NCBI RefSeq assembly: GCF_963506605.1
Contig: NC_083288.1
Coordinates: 43,152,001 to 43,216,000, forward strand
Direction of reading: 5' to 3'
From: Zootoca vivipara
Lineage: Eukaryota
DNA: 64,000 bases
The notes under the pieces are model-generated. The model saw only the letters and a program-made list of their open reading frames with translations. It ran no database searches and had not been told where the DNA came from. The number at the start of each line of letters is the position of its first letter. Within the stretch, counting starts at the first letter, position 1. Below are positions 48,194 through 61,006 of the stretch, piece by piece. A program made the position numbers and the translations under genes.

Positions 48194-51100
48194 ATGAGAA
48201 TGATCAAGAAAGGAACCGGGAGTTCTTTGTCAAAGGAAGACCGTTTTTCCTTCTGGATGACAGAGTATTTCTTGTCCTTACAACTCCTGGTGTTGCAAAC
48301 TGATTGCAATATGAATCCAGCATTGTGTACCATGAATGATCCCCTCCGGGTGAGATACCAGTATTATCAGCCAGGGAGCTTTATCATTGGTGGGATCACT
48401 TCCCAGATATTCTCATTTTCAGAGGGTGCAGACTTCGAAACAGAGCCAAAACCGAAGTATGATGTTGAACCCGTGTAAGGAAGCCATTGTCTTGTTTTCC
48501 ATGGTACACATTTGACTGTTTTGGGAACCTGAATGTATAATGTAGCTATAGTGACTAATGGTGATTGACTGCCTCATTCTCCTTGGATAAATTATATCAA
48601 AAGGTCCTACTAGCACAATGGGTTTTTTATTTATTAAAAAAATAACCACTTGGGTTTCTATTCTGGAGGGAATGGTGTTCACTTTTTTGTGGCAGGGATG
48701 CACATGTGGTTTCCTTGTTAGACTTGATTCTATAATTTATCTCACACCACATACTTCTAGAATTTAAACCCAACCCGTGACTATGTACTCAGCTTTCCCA
48801 TCTCTGGCCCAATGCATGTTGTTGTTTAGTCGTTTAGTCGTGTCCGACTCTTCGTGACCCCATGGACCGGAGCACGCCAGGCACTCCTGTGTTCCACTGC
48901 CTGCCGCAATTTGGTCAGACTCATGTTCGTAGCTTCGAGAACACTGTCCAACCATCTTGTCCTCTGTCGTCCCCTTCTCCTTGTGCCCTCCATCTTTCCC
49001 AACATCAGGGTCTTTTCCAGGGAGTCTTCTCTTCTCATGAGCTGGCCAAAGTATTGGAGCCTCAGCTTCAGGATCTGTCCTTCCAGTGAGCACTCAGGGC
49101 TGATTTCCTTCAGAATTGATAGGTTTGATCTTCTTGCAGTCCATGGGACTCTCAAGAGTCTCCTCCAGCACCATAACATGCACCCAATGCATACACTCCA
49201 ATTACCATTGCTGGATCAAACCACAAAATAAGTTCCAACGACTATAATGGTTAGACTGACTGGAGAGAACTGTGAAGAACTTCTTGTTCAGTATTGCATT
49301 GGCTGTAGTGAGATCGAAATGATGATAGTCAGCTTAGCTATTAAAAAAAATGGGTTGGGTGAATCGTCAGTGGTTATATTATAAGATTGAGAGAGAGTGT
49401 ATTCATAAGGAAAGCATTTAGAAAGGTGTCCATGCAATATTCTGGAAATTACTCAAGTTTTCAAAAAAGTATTGACTTCACCAAAGGCTTATGAACAAAT
49501 TTATTAGTCATGGGATAATAAGACATTAACTCATTGACAAACTGAAAACAGAGAGTAGGAAGAAGAAATGGACATCAGAGTGGTGATCTTTCAAAGATCT
49601 GTACTGAGAACAATGCTTTTTAACTTCTTCATAAATGACATATTTTGAGGTTAAGCAATGAGATGGGTGGTGAAAAGTAAAAAGGGATTGTGAGGAGTTG
49701 AGAAAGGATATTTCTCCAAAATTGAATTTGCACTCAAATGGCAAACATAGCTCAGTGTCACTCTGGGGCAAGTTACAGGTAGGTAGCCGTGTTGGTCTGA
49801 GTCGAAGCAAAATAAAAAATTCCTTCAGTAGCACCTTAAAGACCAACTAGGTTTATATTTTGGTATGAGCTTTCGTGTGCATGCACACTTCTTCAGATAC
49901 ACTAGCTAGTGTATCTGAAGAAGTGTGCATGCACACGAAAGCTCATACCAAAATATAAACCTAGTTGGTCTTTAAGGTGCTACTGAAGGATTTTTTTATT
50001 TTACTCTGGGGCAAATAATCTATCTATGAACACACACAGAGAGAAGAGATCTGATATGACAGTGACTGACTATGTCATGATTCAATTAAAATGTCAGTCC
50101 TCTATGTGACAGTTTTGAAAAGGCTTTATTGAATATTATGGATTCAGGAATATCATAATGCCTTTGTACACTCTACCTTTGTACACTTGGGATGGCCTGC
50201 AGTTCTGGGAGCCAAGTCTTGAACAGGATATTATAGAGTTATAAAAAACACAGAAAAGAGCAACCCGAATCATTATGGGACTGAAGCAATTCCATTATAA
50301 GGAAAAGGTTGTAACTTTTGAAACCTTTTGCTTTAGAAAAAAAATGTTGAGGAAGGCAAGGGCATTACAGAGGTTTCTAAAATAATTCATGGTTTGGATT
50401 AAATGAGGAGAGATTTCTTTCCCTCCCTATCTCATAATTTTAGAACTGAGGCTCATCCAGTGGTTATATATTCTAGTCATCCAGTGGTTATATATTCTAG
50501 TCAGTCAATATATAATCATCGCTTATACTATAAATAAACTATGGAACTAACTATCACAATATGTAGAGATGACCACCAACAAAAATGTTTTCAAAAGGCT
50601 ATTGAAACCTACTAGTCTATGATGACCAGGGCTTTCTTTTCAGCTGAAACTCACAGGAACTCAGTTCTGTCATCTCTCAGGTGGATGCCATTGCCATTAT
50701 AAGAGAACAATGCAGGCATTTATAGCGAGTTCCAGCACCTCTTTTTCTAGAAAAATAGCAGCAATGATTACTTCCGGTAGGTGTTACACCCAGGATTAGA
50801 GCCAGCACGCAGCTGAATAAAAATCTGCTGGGGGGCCATGAGAAAGGGCTATTCCTCACATGTTTTCTGTGTGAATTTCCCTTGGATATCTACTTAGACA
50901 TTGTAGAAAAAAAGATGCTGGACCAGATTGACCCAGCAGGGCTTTGCTGATGTTGAGATGATGTAGGTACAGGAGACAATGCTGAAAGCTGCTCCTACAA
51001 AAGCAGTCAAGTATGGAAAGGAGATATCGAGACAGAATGCCAGTTAATGCATTATGAGTCTAGTTTGTTCTTCTTCTCTACTATAGTGTGATGGTGAAAA

Positions 51101-51384
51101 AATATCAGCATGTCTTGTCCTTGGCGTATGCTGTAAAAGAGATCAACGAGAACTGCAAGATCTTACCCAACGTCACTTTGGGATTCCATGTCTATGACAG
51201 TCACTTTGATGCACAGATAACTTACCAGAACACTTTGAATCTTCTCTTTAATCAGAAGAGAATTGTTCTCAACTACTACTGTGATATGCAGAAAAATCTA
51301 ATTGCTGTCATTGGAGGCCTTGACTCTGAAACCTCCTTCCACATAGCTACTGTCTTAGGCCTCTACAAGATTCCACAGGTAGGA

Positions 51385-51440
<56 letters not shown>

Positions 51441-54400
51441 TTATTATTTATACCCCGCCCATCTGGCTGGGTTTCCCCAGCCTCTCTGGGTGGTTTCCAA
51501 CAGAAAAATAAAACACAGTAATCTATTAAACATTAAAAGCCTCCCTAAACAGGGCTGCCTTCAGATGTCTTCTAAAAGTCCCAGGTGAAAGGTCCCAGAT
51601 TTAATTCCTAGCATCTCCATGTAGGCCTAGGAGAGAACTCTGTCTAAAATCCATGAGAGGCACTGCCAGTCAATTCTGAGCTAGATAGCCTAAGAAAGAC
51701 AGACCATGCACAGGGTAGGAAAGAAGCACCAAAAAACACAGCAACTGTCCAACATTAAAAACTTCCTGATACAGGGCTGCCACTGGCTCTGTCTACAAGG
51801 AATAAAATAGAAAATATTCCCCAGTTATCACATTTTGCATTTACTTTTCTGGACTAGGAAGGCATTAACTACTCATCACCCCCCCCCTGTCCAATGCTTA
51901 CCTGCAAGTGTAACAACAAAGAATACCAAATTGATTGGTGAATTCTCATCCACCTTCACCCAAATCTGTAAGGATTAAAAGATGGGGCTGTTTGAAATTT
52001 GCCATTCGTTTTATAAATGATCCTTGTATTTTGCGAATAAGTTTTGACTCTTTGCTTTTTGAAAACATTCAATACATTATTGAATAAGCAGGGAAACCCT
52101 GCAAAGCCCTAGAATCATCACAACTACCAGCAACAACAAGAACAACAAAGGAAGGAAGGAAGGAAGGAAGGAAGGAAGGAAGGAAGGAAGGAAGGAAGAT
52201 TTGAAGGGTAGATGTTCTGATATGTTGTGTGAAGTTGAAAGTGGCAAGAGATCTCACATGCATAAGAACATGAGAAGAGCTTGGTAGGTCAGGCCAGTGG
52301 TCTGTCTGTCCCAGAATCGTCTTTTCACAGCAGCCAAACAGATGTCTATGGGCAAACCAACATACCAATGAATGAACAAAGTGCCTAAGGGTTAAGCATG
52401 GACAATTTTGAGTAGCAAATATGAAAGAAGCGGTTACTATTATAATTAAGCGAACATTTCCCCCAATGGAAACAAACATTATTTTCCTTGCTTAGGTCAC
52501 CTATTGTTTATATGCACCAGGTGTGAGTGATGTAACTCAGCGCTCTCCCTTATATCGCATGGTGCCAAACGAAGAGCATCAGTACACCGGAATTGTCAAG
52601 CTGCTGCTCCATTTTCAATGGAAGTGGGTTGGGATCCTGGCCATGGGTGATGATAAAGGAGAAAAATTTGTCCAGACCATGGACCACATCTTTTCCCGGA
52701 ATGGTATCTGTACAGCCTTTGCTAAAAGGATGCCGAAACAGAGCAACATTTTAGGTGTGATTAACTTTTACGACATTTTTATGGATATAATAGCTTCACT
52801 AAAGGAGACAAGCGTCAATGTCTGTGTTGCAAGTGCTGATCCTCACATGATGTTGATTTTGCAAGTAGTGCTCAATCTAATTGAAACGAATATTATGATC
52901 CCGATAAGCAAGGTGTGGGTTATGACAGCCCACTGGGATTTTTCGATGGAGCCATTTTTCCACAATCTGGATGTAAAGATTTTCCATGGTGCTTTGTCTT
53001 TTGCCATTCATTCTACTGAGGTGAAAGGGTTCAAAAATTTCCTTCAGATCCGGAATCCCTCCATCTCTAATGAAGATGGCTTTATCAGGGCCTTCTGGGA
53101 ACAAGCATTCAGCTGTTCATTAACTGCAGATACTGACATGGGTAATGGATGCTGCACAGGAAAGGAGAGGCTGGAGAGACTTCCTGGACCTTTTTTCGAA
53201 ATGAGTATGACCAGCCAAAGTTATAGCATCTACAATGCTGTATACACTGTTGCACATGCATTGAATGCCTTATATGCATCTAGAAACAGATACAGAACCA
53301 TTGTGGATAGAGACCTTCTGGAGATTTCAAAGCCAAATATTTTAAAGGTGATGTACCACATGTTACTGCCTATTTATATTTTTAGGAACTGACTATGATA
53401 TTGACGGGACCCAGGTGGCGCTGTGGTTAAACCACTGAGCCTAGGGCTTGCTGACCAGAAGGTCGGCGGTTCGAATCCCTGTGACGGGGTGATCTCCCGT
53501 TGCTTGGTCCCAGCTCCTGCCAACCTAGCAGTTCGAAAGCACGCCAAAATGCAAGTAGATAAATAGGAACCGCTACAGCGGGAAGGTAAAGGGCGTTTCC
53601 GTGTGCTGCTCTGGTTCGCCAGAAGTGGCTTAGTCATGCTGGCCACATGACCTGGAAGCTATACGCCGGCTCCCTCAGCCAATAATGCGAGATGAGCGCG
53701 CAACCCCAGAGTCGGTCACGACTGGATCTAATGGTCAGGGGTCCCTTTACCTTTATGATATTGACAATATTTGTTTGTTTGTTTGTTTGTTTTTTATATG
53801 TGACCATCAATGTACATTGAGTTTTATGATGTGCAGTTGTTGTTGTTGTTGTTGTTGTTGTACCCCACCCCAGGGCTGTCTTAAGCCCATCCAGCGCCGT
53901 GGCGCAAAGGTCCCTCCAGTGCCCCCCTCTGAAAGCGCAGCACCGAAGCGATCATGCTGAGGCAGCCGCCCTTCTATGAGCTGGTGGGCTACAGGCAGCC
54001 CCCTCCTGCCTTGCTGGCTAAACCAGCTCCTGAGCGGCCAGACTTTGCTCCAGAGCCTCTCCAAGGACCCGGGAGTGCCAAGGCGACCATGGCAGCAGCG
54101 GGAGGCCACCTCTGAGGCCCCCGCGCCGCGTCTCCTTCTCCTTCCCCCAGCGCTGGGCTCTGCTCAGTCAAGCTTCACCACCAACGCGCGCACCACGGGA
54201 CCAACAAGAGCCACTTGGGCGCTGTGCACGCACTGGTGGCGAAGCTCGACTGAGAGGAGCCCAGCGTGGGGGAAAGGAGAAGGAGGTGCGGGGCGGAGTC
54301 CTCGGAGAAGGAGAGAGATGCGGCGTAGCCTCTCTGCTCGTGGAGAGCAGTCCTGGCCAGACCGCCGGAACCCCGTGCTCACTTGGCGCCCTCTAGCACC

Positions 54401-56471
54401 CTCCAGTGCCCGGCGCCGTGGTTCACCGTGCCACTAGCCTCTATGGCTAGGATGGGCCTGCCCCACCCATCTGGCTGGGTTTCCCCAGCCACTCTGGGCG
54501 GCTTCCAACAAAAGATTAAAAATACATTAAAACATCAGTCATTAAAAACTTCCCTAAACAGGGCTGCCTTCAGATGTCTTCTAAACGTCAGGTAGATGTT
54601 TATTTCTTTTACATCTGATGGGAGGGTGTTCCACAGGGCGGGCACCACTACCAAGAAGTCCTTCTGCCTGGTTCCCTGTAACTTTGCTTCCCGCAGTGAG
54701 GGAACCACTGGAAGGCTCTCGGCGCTGAACCTTTGTGTCCAGGTTGGATGATGGGCGTGGAGACGCTCCTTCAGGTATACTGGGCCGAAGCAGGTCCCTC
54801 CCCCAGGAATGCAGAACTTATGGCTCCCAATATGCTATTGCACTTCACCTCTCATCTTCCCTTAGCATAGACTATGCTGGCTAAGGATGATGAGGTTTGC
54901 AGTCCGACAACATTTAAGATTGCCTTGTATTTATTCCTTACAATTGCCAAACTGCATACATTCATTATACTACTAATTTTTAGCTTTGGGGAAAACTTTG
55001 GGTGGGATATAGAACTGGAGGCATTTGCAGAATATGTATGATTTCTGCACATCAGTGATTTCCACTGAACATCTAAATCGAGGACATATCCAGACTGGGA
55101 AAGGTCTCAACTTAAAAGGCTTGTTGGAAGAAGAAGACGTTCAGTAGACACAGAAAAGACAAGTGAGATTTATTTATTGAATTTGATGGTGCCTCCTGCA
55201 ATGGAAATCCCAAAACCGATGAGATGCCAAAGAGTAGGTGCCACAAGACTGAAGGCCAATTTCTTAGATTGTTTGGAATGTACCTCCTGAAAAGATGGTT
55301 TCTGCAGGAGCCCCTCCAAAGAAGAGTGTAGTAATCAACTGAGTATATAAGGCATGGGTAGGCAAACCCATGCCTTTTATACCCGGGGGCTGGATCTGGC
55401 CCAATCGCCTTTTAAAGTTGGCCTGCCGGCAGTCCGGGAATCAACGTGTTTTTACATGAGTAGAATGTGTCCTTTTATTTAAAATGCATCTCTGTGTTAT
55501 TTGTGGGCCATAGGAATTTGTTCATGGTTTTGTTTTGTTTCAAAATATAGTCCGGCCCCGCACAAGGTCTGAGGGACAGTGGAAAAAGTTTGCTGACCCC
55601 AGATATAAGGGGTAAGAAAAATTTTCAGGTATCGTGGTCCCAAGCTGCGTAGGTTTTTATACGCCAAAACCAGCACTTTGAATTTAGCCCAGTAGCTAAT
55701 TGGCAGCCTATGCAGTTCTTCAAAAAGTGGGGTGATATATAGGCAATACTCTGTCCCAGTGTATGGGGTATTTTGCACCAGCTACAGCTTCCAGACCAAT
55801 CTCAAGGGCAGTGCCACACAGAGCACATTGCATATAAAGCACATTCACATCTCAAAAATCTTTTACTCTAGCTTCATGCTTTTCTTAGGAGCATCTCATT
55901 CAACAACAGTGCTGGTGACAAGGTGTCCTTTGATGAGAAGGGTGAATTGTTAGCTGGATTTGATATTATCAATTGGGTCACTTTCCCAAACAAATCCTTC
56001 CTAAAAGTGAAAGTAGGAAGAATGGAGCCTCAAGAACCACTGGACGGACAGATCTCCATCAATCAGACAATGATTACATGGCACAACCAATTGAACCAGG
56101 TAGGGTCAGGCTGGATAGTCTAGGGTACAAAGTTGATCAGTTAATTCTACTCTTGGAAGCCATTTGTGAAAAGCTGGAATAGAACTAAAACATATGAATG
56201 AATAAGGGAGTAAATATTAAATATTGTTTGACCTTCCCCCACCCCTTTCATAAAATCAATTTTAGGTAGTGCCTGTTTTTCCTAGAAAAACAGTGCTGGT
56301 ACTCAAAAGTGGCTCCTATCCCGACCATCATGAGCGCCACCAGCTAGGCAACCAGAACACATATGATCAGCAGCAGTGCACAGCGCACAGTGGGGGAAGC
56401 ACGTCACATGCTGCACCATCCATTCTCAAGCTCCTTGGGGAGCAAGATTTATGTGCTCAAGCCAGCCTGGG

Positions 56472-56525
<54 letters not shown>

Positions 56526-57683
56526 CAGCGGCCAGACCCCGCCAGGCCTTTCCTCATGGCACAGCTAACAGGACCAGTGGTCGGAGAAGATGGGAACTGT
56601 AGTCCAAAACATCTGGAGGGCCGAAGTTTGGGGATGCCTGGTTTATTGATCATTAATACTTGATTATTGATACTTGAATACAGCCTCCCTGTGAAGCATT
56701 CGATCTTTTGTTACAATTTAGCAACCTGATCATTACAATATGAAATTGCACAAATGCTATATCTTCTTTCTATAATGGTTTTACTCATCAAGGCTTCTCC
56801 TCCTCCTCAATGTGATCCCAGCCTGCCAGGTCTGATGCTGGCATCACAGCTCTACAAAGTTGTGTAAGAGGACAATGGGTTAATTTAAAGGGTGATCATA
56901 TGAGGAAACCTCAACTTATTTAAAGTGAGGGCAAATATTCCCAAATGACTCAAAAAAACAGATCCAATCTTTTCAGCAATTCATCCACCATGACCCCACC
57001 CAAAAAACACCCTGCTAAAAGGAAGTGGTATATTCTAAGTGCTGACCTTTCATGTTAGCTCTGGTGGAATAAACAGACAAAACCCTATCAGAGGCACATG
57101 ATGCTCCTTGTTAAATTCAACAACCTCACTGTTACAAGAGATTTTTTTTACAAATGTCATCTCTTCTCTTTTATGAACAGGCTATCCCCCTTGCCTTGTG
57201 TAATGACTACTGCTATCCAGGTTTCAGCAGAAAAAAGAAGGAGGGCAAGCCATTTTGTTGCTATGAGTGTCTTCAATGTCCAGAAGGCAAGATTTCAAAT
57301 GCAAGGGGTAAGGAGGCATCATTTTATAAAGGTTGTTCAGGATCATTTTGTAATAATAAAAATACTTCAATTTTTTAATTAAAAAAACCCTTTGCTGATC
57401 CATTACTGAGAAATTGCATTTAAAAATGATCAAAGGCGAGAGAGAAACTTTGCTAAATTCTCACTGCAAGGTTTATTTACATTCCAAAGGGTGTTCGTGT
57501 TCATTTTGCCAGTAATCTCACCAGTTGTCTGCAGTCTGCAGGCTTCCCACATGCCTATGCTTCCATAAAATCTGGGGTGGGGGGTGGGGTGGGAATAACA
57601 TGGGGCTTTTTCAGATCAGGAAGCAAAGGAAGCTAGGAAGGCTATAGAGTGCTGGATAAAACTTTTGTTGAAAGACAGAAAAA

Positions 57684-57720
<37 letters not shown>

Positions 57721-58230
57721 ACCCTGGGCCACCCTATAACAATCACCACCAGGAATATTAGATAGAAATTTGCACAGCATACCCCATCCACCCTGAGGCT
57801 CCCACTCCTTCCTATCAAGTACCAACTAAGGGACTTTGTATCCTCTGGTCAAATGGTTCAGGGGTGGGGCTAATGCTAAATAAGAGGGTGTCCCCCCCCC
57901 TAAACCTAGATAAGCATATGGCCATGAAGCGGGGTCAAGGAGGAGACATATCTTCTAACCGAGGGCCTTGTGGAGGTTCCCTCACTGCGAGAAGCAAAGC
58001 TACAGGGAACCAGGCAGAGGGCCTTCTCAGTAGTGGCGCCCGCCCTGTGGAATGCCCTCCCATCAGATGTCAAAGAGATAAACAACTACCTGACATTTAG
58101 AAAACATCTGAAGGCAGCCCTGTTTAGGGAAGTTTTTAATGTGTGACATTTTAAAGTATTTTAATCTTTGTTGGAGGCCACCCAGAGTGGCTGGGGAAAC
58201 CTAGCTAGATGGGTGGCGTACAAATAATAA

Positions 58231-58275
<45 letters not shown>

Positions 58276-59445
58276 CCCTTCTCATTGGAATTAGGGAGGT
58301 TAATTTTCCATGGTGCTGCTTTACAAGGGTCTTTCCTGCATTTGAAACAAATGCACTTCTGAGCTAAGCATTTCCTCATACTAGTCACAGGGAAACTAAA
58401 TAGTTCTGTGGTAATCTGCCAGCATGTTAGATAATCAACACTAACATCAGTCCATGCAATATCTCTATTATACTTCGGTAATACAGTATAATATGGAAGA
58501 GCTGGTTGATTAAAATACTACTATTATTTTTCTCTTTTTAAAGATATGGATGATTGTTTTGAATGCCAAGAACATAAATATCCTAACAAAGAAAGAAACC
58601 AGTGTTTTCCCAAGGACCTAAACTTCTTGTCCTTTGATGAACCTTTGGGCATCAGTTTGACTGTTTTGGCTCTGTCTCTGTCTTCAACGACAGTGATGGT
58701 ATTCGGAATCTTTGTCAAGCACCGGAAGACTCCTATTGTCAAAGCCAACAACCAGAACCTCACCTACACTCTGCTCATCTCCCTTCTGCTCTGCTTCCTC
58801 TGCTCCTTGCTATTCATTGGCAAGCCTCAGACACTAACTTGTCAGTTACGACAAACTGCTTTTGGTATCATCTTCTCAGTGGCTGTTTCTTCTGTTTTGG
58901 CTAAAACCCTCACTGTGGTTCTGGCTTTCATGGCCACCAAACCAGGATCCAAGATGAGGAAGTGGTTGGGGAAAAGATTTTCAACCTCTGTTATTCTCTG
59001 TTGCTCATTTATCCAAGCAAGTATTTGCATGCTATGGCTATGCACATACCCTCCCTTTCCAGATTTAGACATGCATTCTCTTCCTGAAGAAATCGTAGTG
59101 GAATGCAATGAAGGATCAGCCCACATGTTCTACTATATTCTTGGTTACATGGGTTTATTGGCTCTTGTCAGCTTCATTGTGGCTTTCTTTGCTCGGAGAC
59201 TGCCTGACACTTTTAATGAAGCCAAATTTATCACTTTCAGCATGTTGGTGTTTTGCAGTGTTTGGCTTTCTTTTGTTCCAACGTTTCTGAGCACCAAAGG
59301 AAAATACATGGTGGCTGTCGAGATCTTCTCTATCTTGGCCTCCAGCGCAGGGATACTGGGCTGTATTTTCTCCCCTAAATGTTATATAATTGTGCTCAGA
59401 CCTGAACTGAACAGTAAAGAGCAGCTAAAAAAGAGAAATAACTAA
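48194..59445 (+). CDS. Vomeronasal type-2 receptor (V2R), gene F; complete, ~893 aa, paralog of gene E (start codon uncertain)
   Basis: Exons 48194..48474, 51087..51378, 52496..53347, 55872..56099, 57181..57307, 58544..59445; in frame, GT-AG. Confidence 0.92.
48818..49176 (-). mobile_element. BovB (RTE) LINE 3' end
   Basis: ORF 48826..49179 RTE C-terminus; 10-bp TSD cccaatgcat (48808..48817, 49183..49192). Confidence 0.92.
49863..49900 (-). ncRNA. Minimal type-I hammerhead ribozyme motif
   Basis: Exact reverse complement of 49911..49948. Confidence 0.7.
49911..49948 (+). ncRNA. Minimal type-I hammerhead ribozyme motif (sense to V2R gene F intron 1)
   Basis: GTAT CTGAAGA A GTGTGC AT GCACAC GAAA GC TC^ ATAC; predicted cleavage after C49944. 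Confidence 0.72.
50453..50503. repeat. 24-bp tandem duplication
   Basis: tcatccagtggttatatattctag x2. Confidence 0.8.
51387..51580 (-). mobile_element. Short L2 3' end with (AAT)n tail, just after the gene F exon-2 donor
   Basis: tataccccgcccatctggctgggtttccccagcc L2 terminus. Confidence 0.82.
52149..52198. repeat. (GGAA)n microsatellite
   Basis: Direct reading. Confidence 0.9.
53406..53753 (+). mobile_element. Sauria SINE, full length
   Basis: gggacccaggtggcgctgtggttaa head, ccctttacctt tail; 12-bp TSD tatgatattgac. Confidence 0.92.
53837..54790 (-). mobile_element. L2 3' end interrupted by a hAT element
   Basis: (TTG)n then taccccaccc[insert]ccccacccatctggctgggtttccccagcc... Confidence 0.82.
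53871..54460. mobile_element. 590-bp GC-rich hAT non-autonomous element
   Basis: Perfect 8-bp TSD ccccaccc; ends cagggctgtcttaag / gatgggcctg, related to 41729..41903. Confidence 0.82.
55353..55602. mobile_element. hAT non-autonomous element nested in an old minus-strand L2 (~55085..55815)
   Basis: Perfect 8-bp TSD atataagg; host [25 protein letters not shown]. Confidence 0.82.
56474..56524. repeat. (GT)n microsatellite
   Basis: Direct reading. Confidence 0.9.
57957..58273 (+). mobile_element. L2 3' end with (TTA)n tail
   Basis: gagggccttgtggaggttccctcactgcgagaagc..cagagtggctggggaaac. Confidence 0.85.
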
Positions 59446-59809
59446 AAATCAACTGAAATCATGATACTCAGAAGTAAATCCCGTTGACTGAAATAGGCTT
59501 TATTACCATTTAATTTTGCTGACCAAATAGCTGGTATATGTCCAATGAGAGTCTGAAGACATGATATTGACCATTAATCAGAAATGGCATAATTAGAAAT
59601 ACATCTCTGGTCCCTCCAAAATGCTATGCTTTTCTCCACATAAAGATGCCTTGGTTTAAATGTTAAGTTAATGTTGTGCATCAGTTATGTTTGCTTAAAA
59701 GGTTTCCAGTTCAAAGAAACATGTTCCCTCTACAATTGTTCCAGTGTCATCATTAAAATTAACTTACAGTTGATCCCTGGGAACACTATGCCATGTCATA
59801 TAGAGATTG

Positions 59810-60850
59810 TCACTATTATTATTTATTAAATTTATATACAACCCTTCATCAAGAAACCACAGGGTGGTTTACAGAATGAAACACATATTAAACACTATTA
59901 TAATAGTAAAAGTGGGGAGGGGGGGCAAAACTCATCCTGCTTTAAAAGGCCACAGAATCATTAACAGCCAAAGATGAATGTTTTCACGTGGTGCCAAAAT
60001 ATATGCAGGGGAAATCACTCTGCAAACAGAGACCCGCCACAGAAAAGGCCTGTTATTATGTTGCCACCCTCCAAACCTCCCTTCTTCATATGCCTCCTCC
60101 CCCGTTACATATCTTTAGGTGCCAGGTGTTTGATTATGGGTTGTTTTTATTGATGTTTAATATGCGGCAAACCGCTTTGAGATTTTTCTTAAAAATATAA
60201 AGCGGTATAGAAATGAAAATAATAAACAAATAAAAACATTGTTTGGCTCATTGAACAATCTATGGCCTCCGACCTAGACTGTGTCTGTGGGGGGTGGGAA
60301 TTTTGTTTTCATTTGTCACTATGGTATGCATTTTTGTGCTTTTATATTGTAAACTGTCCTGTGATTCTCAGATGAAGGATTGCACAGAAATTTTATTTTT
60401 ATTAATCATCATCCTCACATGGTCCTGGCCAGTTCAAATAAGGAGAGGCTGTCTTTGAGGTATTGTGGTCCTGAGCTGCATAAGGCTTTATACATAAAAA
60501 CCAGTACTTTGAGATGCGGCCAGAAGCTAATTGGTAGCCAGAATTTGTGCTTTTTGTTCAACCTGGCCACTAAATTCTGCACGAGCAAAACTGTTCTGAG
60601 CTGTCTTCAGAGGCAGCATCATGCATGGTAATCTAACCTAGAGGGTACCATAGTATAGACAACTGTTAGACTACCTCTGTCCAGATAGGGGTGTAGCTGG
60701 GCCATCAGCTGAAGAGGATGGAAGGCACTCTGTGCCACCGAGGCCACCTGAGCCTCAAGCGACAGGAATGGATCCAGACGTACCACCAAGTTACATACCT
60801 GCTCCTTCAGAGGGATTATAACACCATCTAGAGCAGGTCATATCCCATCC
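59810..60850 (-). mobile_element. Old fragmented L2 LINE
   Basis: Blocks such as aaggctttatacataaaaaccagtactttg and cagaaaaggcctg resemble L2 ORF2/3' UTR; boundaries approximate. Confidence 0.45.
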
Positions 60851-61006
60851 ATTCTGTCTAAATGTTTTGCTGTCCATTTTATATCTTATATATCTTGCCC
60901 TATGAATGCTAGTATAAAAATTTAATAAATCATTTAATCATAAATAAATAAATCATTTAATAAATCAAATTTAATAAACCAGGTTCTACCCTTAAAGTAG
61001 AGCATG

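Larger units (their letters stand above)
49772..50002. mobile_element. Penelope-like palindromic mini-element (copy 4), nearly perfect 194-bp palindrome
   Basis: 12-bp TSD actctggggcaa (49760..49771, 50003..50014); palindrome 49809..50002 centred on actagctagt with one mismatch. Confidence 0.8.
49260..50960 (+). mobile_element. Highly degraded CR1 LINE (host of the Penelope-like copy 4)
   Basis: Remnants such as cctgcagttctgg..tcttgaacaggatattatagagtt..acagaaaagagcaacc and 3' gatgctggaccagattgacccagcagggct; boundaries approximate. Confidence 0.45.

Noticed and set aside
53976-54437. 153-aa GC-rich ORF
   Set aside because: Lies inside a TSD-bounded hAT element; no recognisable homology, and open frames are expected at this GC content.
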